Of a DNA stretch of 64,000 nt, positions 39,918 to 51,255 are shown in pieces (position 1 is the stretch's first letter; every line of letters begins with the position of its first letter). The position numbers and the translations under genes were made by a program. This stretch comes from Eledone cirrhosa (lineage: Eukaryota), in contig CAXHJY010001472.1 in NCBI GenBank assembly GCA_964016885.1, positions 62,001 to 126,000 of the forward strand. Reading direction: 5' to 3'. The notes under the pieces are model-generated. The model saw nothing but the letters and a program-made list of their open reading frames with translations. It was not told the origin of the DNA and searched no databases.

Positions 39918-40612
39918 ATATACATGGGAGAGAGAGAAATTACCCTCAGTAGATCAGACAGAAGAACCAGCTATTGAGATTGACGAATATAGGGTCCAAG
40001 AGGCAATTAAGGAAATGAAAAATGGTGAGGCTGCTGGACCATCGGAGATAGTTGTTGAGATGCTGAAGGCCTCAGGGGACGTAGGCACTAAACTGGTTGC
40101 ACACATCAATCAGGCTATATATGGCAGTGTCATACCCAAAGACTAGTGCAAAAGTAAAGGGGATGCTCTTGAGAGGAGAAATTATAGGGGTATAAAACTG
40201 ATGGATCAGGTTATGAAAGTGGCAGAAAGGATATTAGCACAACTAATTAGAGAAAGGGTCAAACTAGATGAGATGCAGTTTGGTTTTGTGCCTGGGAATA
40301 GTACAACAGATGCCCTCTTCTTGATGAGACAATTACAAGAGAGGTTCTTAGAGAAAAATAAGCCACTATACTTAGCCTTTGTTGACCTAGAGAAGGCCTT
40401 TGATAGGGGTACCCCGATCTGTCATCTTATTTAACCTATAAAAGGGGCCCTAACAGGTACTACTACACCAGGCCAGAGCAGACCTGGGAGTTATGACAAC
40501 TAAGGGGGTAACTCCACGTTCCCCACAGTTCCTCCTGAACTTGAGCCTTGCCACTGGATGTAGTTTAATGTCATACCCAGGACAAATATATACACACACA
40601 TATATATATATA
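39706..40612 (+). repeat. Older diverged partial copy of the macrosatellite unit (equivalent to ~3582-4500)
   Basis: Same order as the unit (ttgaaataacttcc..., CAGTG tract, tttagtatggtgcag..., (TA)n, RTE RT piece with ORF at 40201, SINE-like block) but with many more substitutions than seen between units. Confidence 0.93.
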
Positions 40613-41145
40613 TCAAAATTGATGGAAGTTACGGAGTAGGCAGACCCAGAAAAACCTGGGACGATCTGATAAATTCCGACCTTACATACATCTCTCCAAG
40701 ACAATGTCACTGGACAGAGATCTTTGGCACTACGCAGTAATACAGAATACCTGATTTGTCTATGTACAACGCGAAACCTCGTCAGTAGGCACCTCTTAAC
40801 CAAAAATACACCCGCATCCCACTACCCTCTCCTCCAACCTCTTTCTCTGTAAAGTTATGTTGGTACCACAACATCCAGCCCTAAATAAATGAGGTCGTGT
40901 AGATGTCACGACAAAAAAAAAAAAAAAAAAAAAAATCTCCACGCTGTAATGTGCCCGTGTAGGTAACACGGTAAAAACCTCCCAGTCCACACTAAACGTG
41001 GTTGGTGTTAGGAAGGGCACCCAACCGTAGAAAACCTGCCAGACAGTCCTATACGAGCGAGAAAAACCAATCTTGCCTCAAGTGGGACATCTCCCGTCTA
41101 AACCCATGCTAGCGTGGAAGATAGACTTTAAACGATGATGATGAT
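40613..41145 (+). mobile_element. 5'-truncated RTE family B 3' end (ORF end, long 3' UTR, (GAT)n tail)
   Basis: GVGRPRKTWDDLINSDL; reverse-complement homolog of 46828-47370; ends aaacgatgatgatgat. Confidence 0.9.
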
Positions 41146-41308
41146 ATATACACATGGGATAACAAGTTATCGTTTTAGGTAATCCAGTGAGAGGTTTCCT
41201 TACTTAGGTAGCGAGTTTGCAATAATTCCCATGCAGGTCGATCTTGGAGTAATAGTAGTGAAAGAATGAAGAGTAAGATGGTCGGCTGTATAAAAAGGGT
41301 TTTATTTA

Positions 41309-41408
41309 CAGTACTAACAATTGTTTCATTGAACAGGTGAGTCTAAAAGTCGCTAATCACTCGACCTTAAATACAGTGTGTGGCTCTGATAAAATCATCG
41401 GAATACTG
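41309..41408 (-). ncRNA. Degenerate type I hammerhead ribozyme motif (Penelope-like) followed by AATAAA
   Basis: Minus strand: cagtatt-CCGATGA-(long, decayed stem II)-GAAA-caattg-tt-agtactg-taAATAAA. Stem I cagtatt/agtactg pairs; a pyrimidine-rich tract lies upstream (41450-41800). Confidence 0.55.
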
Positions 41409-41809
41409 GAGGGTGTAACACATGGCATTAGCATTTATAGATACATCAGAGAATCGAGTGAATGAAAACGAAAACATCAATAATAAAAGATAAACAATAA
41501 TAAAAGTATAAAGAAGAAAGAATGACGATATAAAAAATAAGTACAAAATACGGTTTCTGATAGTAGAAGTTATAGTGGTGAGTAAGTGGATGTGTAAAAT
41601 AGTGATGACAATAATGATAACAATAACATGAAAAGGAATACGATATATGTTTCAGCAAAATAAAAAGGCAAGTTGTATAATAAAATATCAAAGGATTAAA
41701 TAAATAATAAAAAGTAAGAGATAGAGAGATAAGGAATAGGAGACAGGGACTGAGAATATGGATTCGAGGATGAGACAAAGGGTAGGAATAAGGAGAGGGA
41801 CTAAAAGTT

Positions 41810-42570
41810 ATGTTTTTCTTAACGATGATAATACAAAATTAGAGGAATCAAAAGAGAATTACAGTACTATTCACATATAGTGCAACTGGTGAAAAGTTTA
41901 AACCCCTTTTTACTGAAAAAAGCCTTAAACCTCGTTGTTTCAAGAATATTGACATTTCTAAACAGGAATTTTATTATAAAAAGAACATTACGGATGGATG
42001 ACAGACAATATATTTTCATTTTACCTAAAAGAAATCAATTACGAATTTTTTAAACAATAGAGAAAAGTATTATTGCTCCTTGATAATGCAGCATGCCACA
42101 AACAAAGCTTTTAAAATATAAAACTTTTTTTTTCTACCCTCGAACACAACTACAAAATTACAACCTTTAGACCAAGGAATAATTTGGTCATTCAAAAGCA
42201 ACTACAATACGATTTTTATTAATAAAGTTGGTTAATAAAGATGTGAAAGTGTCAATTTAAAAGGAACGTCATGAGTTACGCCCCTTTATTTTCCGAGTTC
42301 AACTTGGCCTTTCATCCTTATAGGGTCGATAAATAAAGTACCAGTGATGCACTGGAATAATTGCTGGCAAAAGTAAAAACAGTTATTGCATGGTATTTTT
42401 GGTCAGTCCAGGCATGGGATTCGGTTGTAAAAGAGACAATTGTAAATTGCTGGGAAAAGTCAGGTCTACGAATACAGAATTCAATGAGTGAAGATTCGGT
42501 TGCAAAAGCATTGTGTTTAGAAAATGGGGAATACGAGCTGAAATACGCACTTAAGGAGCTCAAGGAGCTA
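41810..42570 (+). pseudogene. pogo/Tigger-type (Tc1/mariner superfamily) DDE transposase remnant
   Basis: Read across frameshifts: RITVLFTYSATGEK, KPRCFKNID, KVLLLLDNAACH, FLPSNTTTKLQPLDQGII, AWDSVVKETIVNCWEKSG. Confidence 0.88.
42290..42381 (+). mobile_element. Partial tRNA-SINE (same family as 46048-46232) inserted in the transposase
   Basis: gcctttcatccttatagggtcgataaataaagtaccagtgatgcactgg...aaagtaaaaaca. Confidence 0.8.
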
Positions 42571-43399
42571 AAATATGATAATGTTACTTTTACAATTAAA
42601 ACTTAAATTTAAATTTTTATGTCTTGTTTTTAGTTTGGGGAGGGGGGGGGATGTCAAAATAACCAACTTTTCTTTTAAAATGTTAATTAAGGTAAACATG
42701 ACAACTTAAATTCAAGTTTTTTGTCAAAAAAAAAAAAAAAAGGTCATTATTGACATTTTTACACACACATATATATACATACATACTTATATATACATAC
42801 ATACACTAGCTACACTCTACGCTATATATATATATACTACGAGTGGTTTTCTGCTAGCATGTGTAGTGTGTATATTGATATTATACGCAAGTATATATAC
42901 ATGTAGATATGATACGTCAAATAAAATCGCAATTGACAATATACACATTAGTTGAACGAAGACTGTGTTACACTGTCTTATGTGATAAATGATACATTTA
43001 TAGATAAGGATGAGGGGCTAAATATTATCTATATGATTTTACATTGTTGTTATAGGTCTTCGAAGGATATTAGTTATAAGTGATATAATTGAAATACCTT
43101 AATCGAAGAGTTGGTAGCTTCTTATCGGTAGTAAATGCTGCTGACTTCCAGGATATAAATAAATAGCTCTTCAATGCTCACTCCTCTATAAATATAATTT
43201 TATTTGTCGAAAAGGATTGTAGGAGTCATTTTACAATAAATTTTCGCGCGATGTATCATCTGCAAGTCAGTTCGGTCTGTCATACGCAACTTCCCATTGG
43301 TCAGTTTGATGTATGTTGAAAGTAAAGGAGTGTTTGAATGTGATTGTGGTGTTTGCGGTGGTGCTTGTATTGACACATTGTAGCAGAGGGGAGTATGAG

Positions 43400-43640
43400 G
43401 CTCTGATGTGAGAGCATCTGTGTAGGCCCGCTTTAGTCTGTCAATAGAGTGTGTCTTTATGTCCATTAAAGTCAAAGGTGAAATGTTTATCTCTACGTGC
43501 AAGTACACGATAGGGTCCAGAATAAGGTGGAGTGAGAGGTCTTCTCACCGTCATTTCTGACAAAAACATGGGTCCACGAGGAAAGTCCCTCGGAACAGAA
43601 TATTTAAAGGTTTGTTGCCTAGTTTTCATGCAAGTCGTGA
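43400..43640 (-). mobile_element. Ty3/Gypsy LTR-retrotransposon integrase C-terminal (GPY/F) remnant
   Basis: VRRPLTPPYSGPYRVLARRDKHFTFDFNGHKDT, then in another frame SIDRLKRAY. Confidence 0.85.
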
Positions 43641-44289
43641 AGGCGTAGTAGTGGTCGAATTGCCGGAGTACTCCAAAATGTTATCAGCGTAAGAGCTGTG
43701 TAGGTGTATAGTCGCCAAGGTGTTCATCAAAGACGTTCGTAAACTTTAACAAAATAGTTGCGAACAAAACATTTAAAAATAATCTTTTGAAGTCCGTAGT
43801 ATCCTTGAAACAGTTGGCCAAAGTAAAAGCGCGGGAATAAGTGATGAAGAAATAGGAGGTGAGTCGCCACATTGGACAAAAATGCCATGTGCAAACAAAA
43901 TATTGTGTTATTGTAAACTCGACATTTTTTTTTTATGTGTGTGAAGGATGTATTCTTTACAGCCAGGTCACCATTTTTTATAGATACATCTTCACGCGTC
44001 AACTGTGTCGGTCTGTCTGGTACGCGTCAACTGTGTCGGGTTTTTAACAAGAGAGTGAGACTGCCCATGTATTCATACGCAACCTCCCATTGGTCAGTTT
44101 GACATTATTGCGTATGCAAATGTTTGTTTTAATGCGTAGTGGAACTACGTCGCACTTCACAATACCAACATTTGCATAGACGATATTATATATAAACTGC
44201 ATTAGAACACCTACATTTTTTTCGAAACATTTACCTTCACCAGTTGGATACGTGACATTGCCACTGAAACTCCCTTAAATACGACTGAA

Positions 44290-44480
44290 ATATTGGTCGG
44301 CTGGTACACCCCTCAATATTTTGCGTGTGTGTACTTGATATGGGATCAACGAAATGCTTTGAACGATTGACAGTGAGATGTGTATAACGACCAGGCATAC
44401 CCGCCACTCATCTGTATGGATCATAGATCCATTTGCACAGTGCCTTTCAATGAGAGGCAGCAGTCTCGGCAGAATCAAGA
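44290..44480 (-). mobile_element. Merlin/ISXO2-like (IS1595-related) transposase remnant
   Basis: LLPLIERHCANGSMIHTDEWR, then after a frameshift YTHLTVNRSKHFVDPISSTHTQNIEG. Confidence 0.85.
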
Positions 44481-44539
44481 CCACCGAGTATCGCCGGATT
44501 TTGCTCAACCCATTCACTACATACATCACGCATAAAATT

Positions 44540-44860
44540 GCACCGGTAAAAAAAATTTACTGTATATCGCAACAATATAGTGTTTAAAGAATTTTTTTTC
44601 TGTTAAAAACTGTAAATCTGTTAAAAAAAAAAAATGTATTTCGCAGCAATATTTTTTCTGTTAAAAACTGTAAATAAATATTCATGTAAAAATGAAGCAT
44701 AGTTTTTCTGTGAAAAACTGTAAATAAATATTTATTTTGTTAAAAAATTAAATCAAAAATCTAATTTTCTCTGTTAATATTTTAATAAATATTTATTCTA
44801 AAAATTCAATGTTTTTTCGTGTAAAAATGAAGCATGTCAGAAAATTAACATGTAAAAATC
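44540..44860. repeat. Degenerate AT-rich repeats (ttttctgttaaaaactgtaaat x3; tgtaaaaatgaagca x2-3), possibly subterminal repeats of a DNA transposon
   Basis: The motif recurs at about 44596, 44654 and 44704. Confidence 0.5.
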
Positions 44861-44913
44861 AAGCAGCAGGCACGCGCTAGCTCGTATCTAAAAAAAAATC
44901 GTATGTCGGTTCA

Positions 44914-44937
44914 CTCGTATCTCAAGGTACCACTGTA
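44914..44937. mobile_element. Tigger/pogo-type terminal inverted repeat (right end) with TA
   Basis: ctcgtatctcaaggtaccactg|ta, i.e. CAGTGGTACCTTGAGATACGAG on the other strand. No partner end found in the window. Confidence 0.65.
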
Positions 44938-45300
44938 TTTAAAACATATTTATGTTATTCTACTGTAAATTTATTTATATGCTCTGTTTATATTTTCATT
45001 CTGAAAGAATTGCAAACGATTTCTAATGTTATTTATACAACTGAATAAAAGAGAAATTTGATAGTTTGTTAACAACTAAATACATTTGGAACAATTATTT
45101 ACATCTTACAATTTGAAATGTTATTATATATTAAATAAAGTACCAGTAATACACTGAATATTTGCCGGCCTTGTGCCAAAAGTAGAAACACTTATTATAT
45201 ATTAAATAACGTTACAAATGGGAGTGAAAATATAAACACATATGATATATACAAAGAATATAAATAAATTTACAGTAGAATAACATAAATGTTTTAAATA
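44936..45300. repeat. AT-rich inverted repeat, ~45-bp arms (MITE/foldback-like)
   Basis: tatttaaaacatatttatgttattctactgtaaatttatttatat (44936-44980) versus atataaataaatttacagtagaataacataaatgttttaaata (45258-45300). Confidence 0.8.
45139..45191 (+). mobile_element. Heavily 5'-truncated SINE with an 18-bp target-site duplication
   Basis: agtaccagtaatacactg...ggccttgtgccaaaagtagaaaca, flanked by ttattatatattaaataa at 45121-45138 and 45192-45209. Confidence 0.8.
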
Positions 45301-45361
45301 TATACATAACACTACAAATGCTTAAGTAACAGTATAAATTGAAGGGGTGGAAAACGGAGCC

Positions 45362-45608
45362 AACACCAGAGCAAAAGACAGCAGCCAGGGGTACTGGGCA
45401 ACCTCTCTAATGATTTTTAAGGCAAGCCAGCACACTGGCAGTGTTACCTCGAGTGATGGCGAGGCTGGGGTGCTGGAAGAAACAAGCGCCCTCGCCAGTT
45501 ACCTCTATTAGGCGAGCCGCCAGTGAAGAGAGGAACCTCGCAGTCAGCGGCCCGACTCCCCACAGGCTGAAAAATTTACCCCTCGCTGCTGTCTTTTGCT
45601 CTGATGTT
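45362..45608. repeat. GC-rich island bounded by 32-bp inverted repeats
   Basis: aacaccagagcaaaagacagcagccaggggta (45362-45393) versus tacccctcgctgctgtcttttgctctgatgtt (45577-45608), 30/32 match. Confidence 0.85.
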
Positions 45609-46047
45609 CAACCGTTCCTTTGCATTTTCATAAATAAATTGACAGTTTTTCGAAGCTAGAAATCAAATAGAGATATTTTTATACACATTGTATTATGTGT
45701 TTTTATTTTCATTCTGAAAGAACTGAACAATTTGTAATGTTAATTAAACACATGTTTAGCATACCTTTGTCTTCCTCGTCTTGCTTCATTGAGAAATTCT
45801 AGTTTCCTCTCTTAATTCATTTCTTCTTTCTTCTGTTAAATTTCCTCTGAACTCTTTTTCCTTATATCATTAATATTATTGTTGTTTAAGTTGTTGCATT
45901 GAAATGGTTATCACTATTATGTGCTGTATCAATATTGATAGCGTAATTTTCTGAAGTGACTCTCTTGTAAAATAAATGTCTTATTTGCTCCCATGGACGA
46001 GAAAGGAGGGTAAGAATAAATAAAAAAAAGTTTCCAGAAGAAATAAT

Positions 46048-46232
46048 TGTTTCTACTTTAGGCACAAGGCCAGCAATTACCCAGTGCATTACTGGTACTT
46101 TATTTTATCGACCCCGTAAGGATGAAAGGCAAAGTCAACCTCGGCGGGATTTGAACTCAGATCGTAAAGGGACGTAACTATGCTGGAAAGCATGGCGTCC
46201 GACACTCTATCGATACTGCCAATCCACCACCT
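46048..46232 (-). mobile_element. Full-length tRNA-derived SINE with an 18-bp TSD
   Basis: A-box-like TGGCAGTATCG, B box GAGTTCAAATCC, body gcctttcatccttacggggtcgataaaataaagtacc; TSD gtttccagaagaaataat at 46030-46047 and 46233-46250. Confidence 0.92.
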
Positions 46233-46827
46233 GTTTCCAGAAGAAATAATAGTGGTCCGTTTGTTCAAACAATGAAACACAACTTGTTACGTTTTCACCG
46301 AAAATCAAATTCAGCGCCGTTCGTCTACCATTGCTGTATGTGGGTGTGTCTAAGTTTGTTTGGTGTGTACGCACGTGTCAAAGTCAATCATGTAATTATC
46401 TCCCCTTGGCAAACAAGCATGATATGGCGTAAGAGGGTGTTTAACATCTCAAGATAGACGTTGCAAAAGGTTTTGAGATACATAAATAGATATGTAGGTA
46501 GATAGATATATAATTGATAGATATGTAGGTAGATAGATAGATATATAATTATCACAAGTGTAGTGTTTGTACAAGAGTTTTCAAGTCGCTGGCTGGACTA
46601 AAAAGTCACACTCGTTCAGCGCATCGGTAGGGGTTCTCCTACATGAATATAATGTAGTGGCCGTACTCGAAATACTGATATATATATATATATATATGTA
46701 TGGGTACTGGTATGTATATGTATGTGTGAATACTAATGTATGTGTATGTATGTATGTGTGTATGTATGTGTGTATGTGTATGTGTGTATATGTATATATG
46801 TGTATGTATGTATATATGTATATATGT

Positions 46828-49800
46828 ATCATCATCATGATCTTCGTTTAACGTCCATATTCCACGCTCGCATGGGTTTGGACGGGAATTTTCCCACTTG
46901 AGGCAAGAGTGGTTGTCTTGCTCGCATAGGACTGTCTGGCGGGTTTTCTACGGTTGGATGCCCTTCCTAACACCAACCACATTTACAGTGTGGAACTGGG
47001 AGGTTTTTACCGTGTTACCTACACGCCCACATTACAGCGTGGACTGTGTGTGCTTTTGTCGTGACACCTACACGACCTCATTTGTTTCGGGCTGGATGTT
47101 GTGGTACCAACATAACTTTACATTGAAAGGGTGGTGTGGATGGAGTGGGGGTAATGGGACGGGGGTGTATTTTGTTAGAGGTGCCTACTGACTGTAGTAG
47201 GTTTCACTTTGTACTTAGGTAAGGCGGGTCTTCTCTATTACTGTGTAGCGCCAAAGAACTCGGTCCAGTGACATTGTCTTGGAGAGGTGTAAGTGTGTGA
47301 GGTCGGAATTTATCAAGTCGTCCCAGGTTTTTCTGGGTCTGCCTACTCCGTGGCTACCGTTTATTTTTATTGCCCTGCACATTTTTATACAGCTGTCGTC
47401 TTTCATGCGCATCACGTGACCATACCAACATAGTCTTCTCTCGAGTAAACATCTGATCCCTCTTATTTCTAATTTCTCCCTTATTTCGTTTATGCTTTGC
47501 CGTTCACGTATATTACTATTACACATCCAGCGGAGCATGCAAGCTTCGTTTCTCTCCAGCCTGCGTATATCCTCTGCACACAATGCCTAGGTCTCACTGC
47601 CATGCAACATTGCTGTTCGTATGCAGGCATCATACAGCCTGCCTTTCATTTTTAGAGAGAACCCTTTAACGGCCAATAGTAGTATAAGCTCTCTTAACTT
47701 TTTCCATCCCGTTCTGACTCTAGCTACTGTACTTTCAGAGCACCCTCCCCCACTGCTGATTTTATCACCCAGGTAACGGAAGCTGTCCACTATTTCTATA
47801 GAACCATCTGTGCAATGGAATGAGTTAGTATTCTGTGGGCACTTGTGTGCTACTTATTGCACCAGAGCACCGGCCACATATAAAATCTATATTCTTAGTT
47901 AGCTTACCTGTGATCCCACTACATCTTTTATGTACCCATACTTTGCATTTGGGACATAACATGGAGTTTCTACCTACTCCTTTCCTACACACTGAGCATG
48001 GCCATTTCCCAGATGGGACCGGTGCCCTATTTTCCTTCCTACAAACTTTAGTCTTAGACAAGTTAACTTTAAGGCCTTTTGATTCTAGGCCATGCTTCCA
48101 TGTTTGGAATTTATTTTCTAGTTCAGCCATTGATTCAGCTATGAGCGTTAGATCATCTGCATATAGGAGTTCCCATGGGCAGCCGGTCTTGAACTCCTCT
48201 GTTATAGCCTGAAGAGCAATAATAAATAGTAGGGGGCTAAGGACGGAGCCCTGATGAACACCAACTTTTACGCTAAACTCTTCACTATATTCGTTGTTAA
48301 TTCTAACCTTGCTGACTGTTTCTTTATACATGGCTTGTATAGCTCTCACAAGCCATTCATCAACACCTAGTTTTCTAAGGGCTCACCAGATAATCAAGCG
48401 GGGTACTCTGTCAAAGGCTTTCTCCAAGTCAACAAAAGCTAAGTATAGGGGTTTACTTTTAGCTAGGTACTTCTCCTGTAGATGTTGTACAATGAAAAGA
48501 GCGTCTGTTGTACTTTTACCTGACACAAACCCGAACTGCATTTCGTCTAGATCAATTCGCTCTCTGATTAGTTGCGCTATTACTTTTTCTGTGACCTTCA
48601 TGACCTGGTCAATTAATTTAATGCCTCTATAGTTTCCCCCTATCTAGGGCATCACCTTTACCCTTGTAGCAGTTAATGATGATGCTGCTGCGCCAGTCCT
48701 TCGGAACGACCCCATTCTGTATGACTTGGTTTACTATCCGGGTGACCATACTGTGTCCCACCGTTCCAGATGCTTTCAGCATTTCGGCAACTATTTCCGA
48801 AGGCCCGGACGCCTTGCCCGTCTTCATGTCTTTGATCGCCTTACTTATTATACTACCTTCAAATTTCACTGCTGGTCCCTCTATTGGGTCGATGTGGGGG
48901 AGACTGTCTTTCTCCCAATTATTCTCCTCATTTAGTAGCCTTTCGTAGTGACACTTCCAAGCTACCTTCTTATCAGCGTCAGTGATGGCAAGTACACCAT
49001 CATCATTTAGGACACACTTCTCCCCGACAATATCACTGTTTTCCTTGACACATTGCCTAGCAATCCTGAACACCTCACGTTTTTGGTCCTCGCGTTGTAG
49101 AACATGCTTGAACTTTCTTTCCTCTGCTTCCCTTCTTGCGAAGTACACTTGTCTCCTAGCTTCCCTCCTGGCCACTTGATAGTCTTCTCTACTTCCCCCA
49201 TCCCGCCATGCTTTCCAGCCTTGATTGACCTCTCCACCTTACTGTTCCACCACCAAGTTACTCTCCTCCTGTCTAGAGGCCTGCTCCAGCCACAGGTTTC
49301 ATCTGTCGCCTTCAACAGGTTAGCTTTCAGGAATTCCCACTCTTCCTCTATATTGTACAACTCTAATTGCTCTTCCTTACTATCAAAAGCATCAAGTAAT
49401 ATGCTTTTAAATTTATTACTGGCTGTGGGGTCCTTTAATTTCCATATTTTTCTCCTGAGGATAGTCCTCTTCTGTTGTCGAATACGTCTCGTCCTGACTA
49501 TGAGGTCGCTAATTATGAGTCTATGTTGAGACGTGCATTCTTCATGGGGGAGGGATTTAGTGTTTACAACAGACACTCTGTCACGTCTCCTGGTAAGGAT
49601 ATAATCTACCTCGCTTGTGTGTCCCCCTATCTATAGGTGATCAAGTGATTGTCTCGTTTTTTGAAGTTAGTGTTACAGATAGTTAGGTTATTTGCGTCAC
49701 AGAATTCCAGGATTCTGGAGCCTTCCTCATTTCTAGTACCAAACCCATAGCCTCCATGGATTCCGTCATAGCCGTCACAATGTTGTCCAACGTGACCATT

Positions 49801-50350
49801 TAGGTTGCCAGCAATAATTATATAGTCACTGTTGGTTATTTGGGAGGTAGTGAGCATCAGTGTCTCATAGAATCTGTCTTTTATAGTGCCGGGCAGTCCG
49901 GATTGGGGTGCGTACGCAGATATTACTGTCACCGTAGTTCTATTGAGGACAAGTCTTATTTTAATTATTCTGTCGTTCACTCTATTTACGTCTATTATCT
50001 TATCTGCCCACTTTTCTGCTACCATGATTCCTACTCCACCCAGCCCATCGTCATTTCCCACCAAGAAAAGCTTATAGCATCGTTCTTTACCCACGATGAA
50101 TCTAGCAGACCCACCCCTCCACCTGGTCTCTTGAATACAACAAACATCGACCTCCTTACGTTCAAGCATTTCTACAACCTCATTAGAGCGACCCTTTAAG
50201 GTGCCTACATTCATGGTACCAACTCTGAAGTTTTGGATTGCGTTTGGAGGGTGGGAGCGGGGGGAAATGGGGGAGATGGGTTATGTTAGCCATCCACGAC
50301 CGAAACAAAGAGGAGGAGCCCTTGCATTCTCGTCCATGAGGTGAATTTGT
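46828..50350 (-). mobile_element. Near-full-length RTE LINE (family B): APE, WWW linker, RT with inserted PHD-type finger, long 3' UTR and (GAT)n tail; inactivated by stops and frameshifts
   Basis: Successive ORF pieces from 50214 to 47215: MNVGTL..CCIQETRW, SAYAPQ, AGNLNGHVG, SQHRLII, TWWWN, QFGF, FVDLEKAFDRVP, GVHQGSVLSPLLF, LLYADDL, FRYLG, GRPRKTW. Confidence 0.97.
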
Positions 50351-50353
50351 TTT

Positions 50354-51255
50354 TATGTATGTATATATATATATGTATGCATATGTGTGTGTATGTATGT
50401 ATATATATGTGTATATGTATATATGTGTGTATGTATATATGTGTGTATGTGTATATGTATATATGTGTATATGTATATATGTGTATATGTATATATGTGT
50501 ATGTATATGTATGTGTATGTATATGTATATGTATGTATGTATATGTATGTATGTGTATATGTGTGTATATGTATGTGTATGTGTATATGTGTATATGTAT
50601 GTGTATGTGTATGTGTATATGTATGTATATGTGTGTATGTATATGTATATATGTATGTATATGTATATATGTATGTATGTGTATATATGTATGTATATGT
50701 ATGTATATGTATATATGTATGTATGTATATGTATATATGTATGTATGTATATGTATATATGTATGTATGTATATGTATATATACTTGTGTATATGTATAT
50801 ATACTTGTGTATATGTATATATACTCGTGTATATGTATATATACTCGTGTATATGTATATATACTCGTGTATATGTATATATACTCGTGTATATGTATAT
50901 ATACTCGTGTATATGTATATATACTCGTGTATATGTATATATACTCGTGTATATGTATATATACTCGTGTATATGTATATATACTCGTGTATATGTATAT
51001 ATACTCGTGTATATGTATATATACTCGTGTATATGTATATATACTCGTGTATATGTATATATACTCGTGTATATGTATATATACTTGTGTATATGTATAT
51101 ATACTTGTGTATATGTATATATGCTTGTGTATATGTGTATATGAATGTGTATATGCTTATGTGTATGTATGTATGTATATGTATATTATGTATATATATA
51201 TGTATGTGTATGTATGTATGTATGTATATGTATGTATATATATTTATATGTATAT
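50354..51255. repeat. (TATG/TA/TG)n compound microsatellite containing a 20-bp minisatellite (atactcgtgtatatgtatat x13 perfect, plus flanking variants, 50781-51140)
   Basis: Directly visible. Confidence 0.97.

Noticed and set aside
46828-50350. Active autonomous LINE
   Set aside because: The ORF is broken into at least seven pieces by stops and frameshifts.
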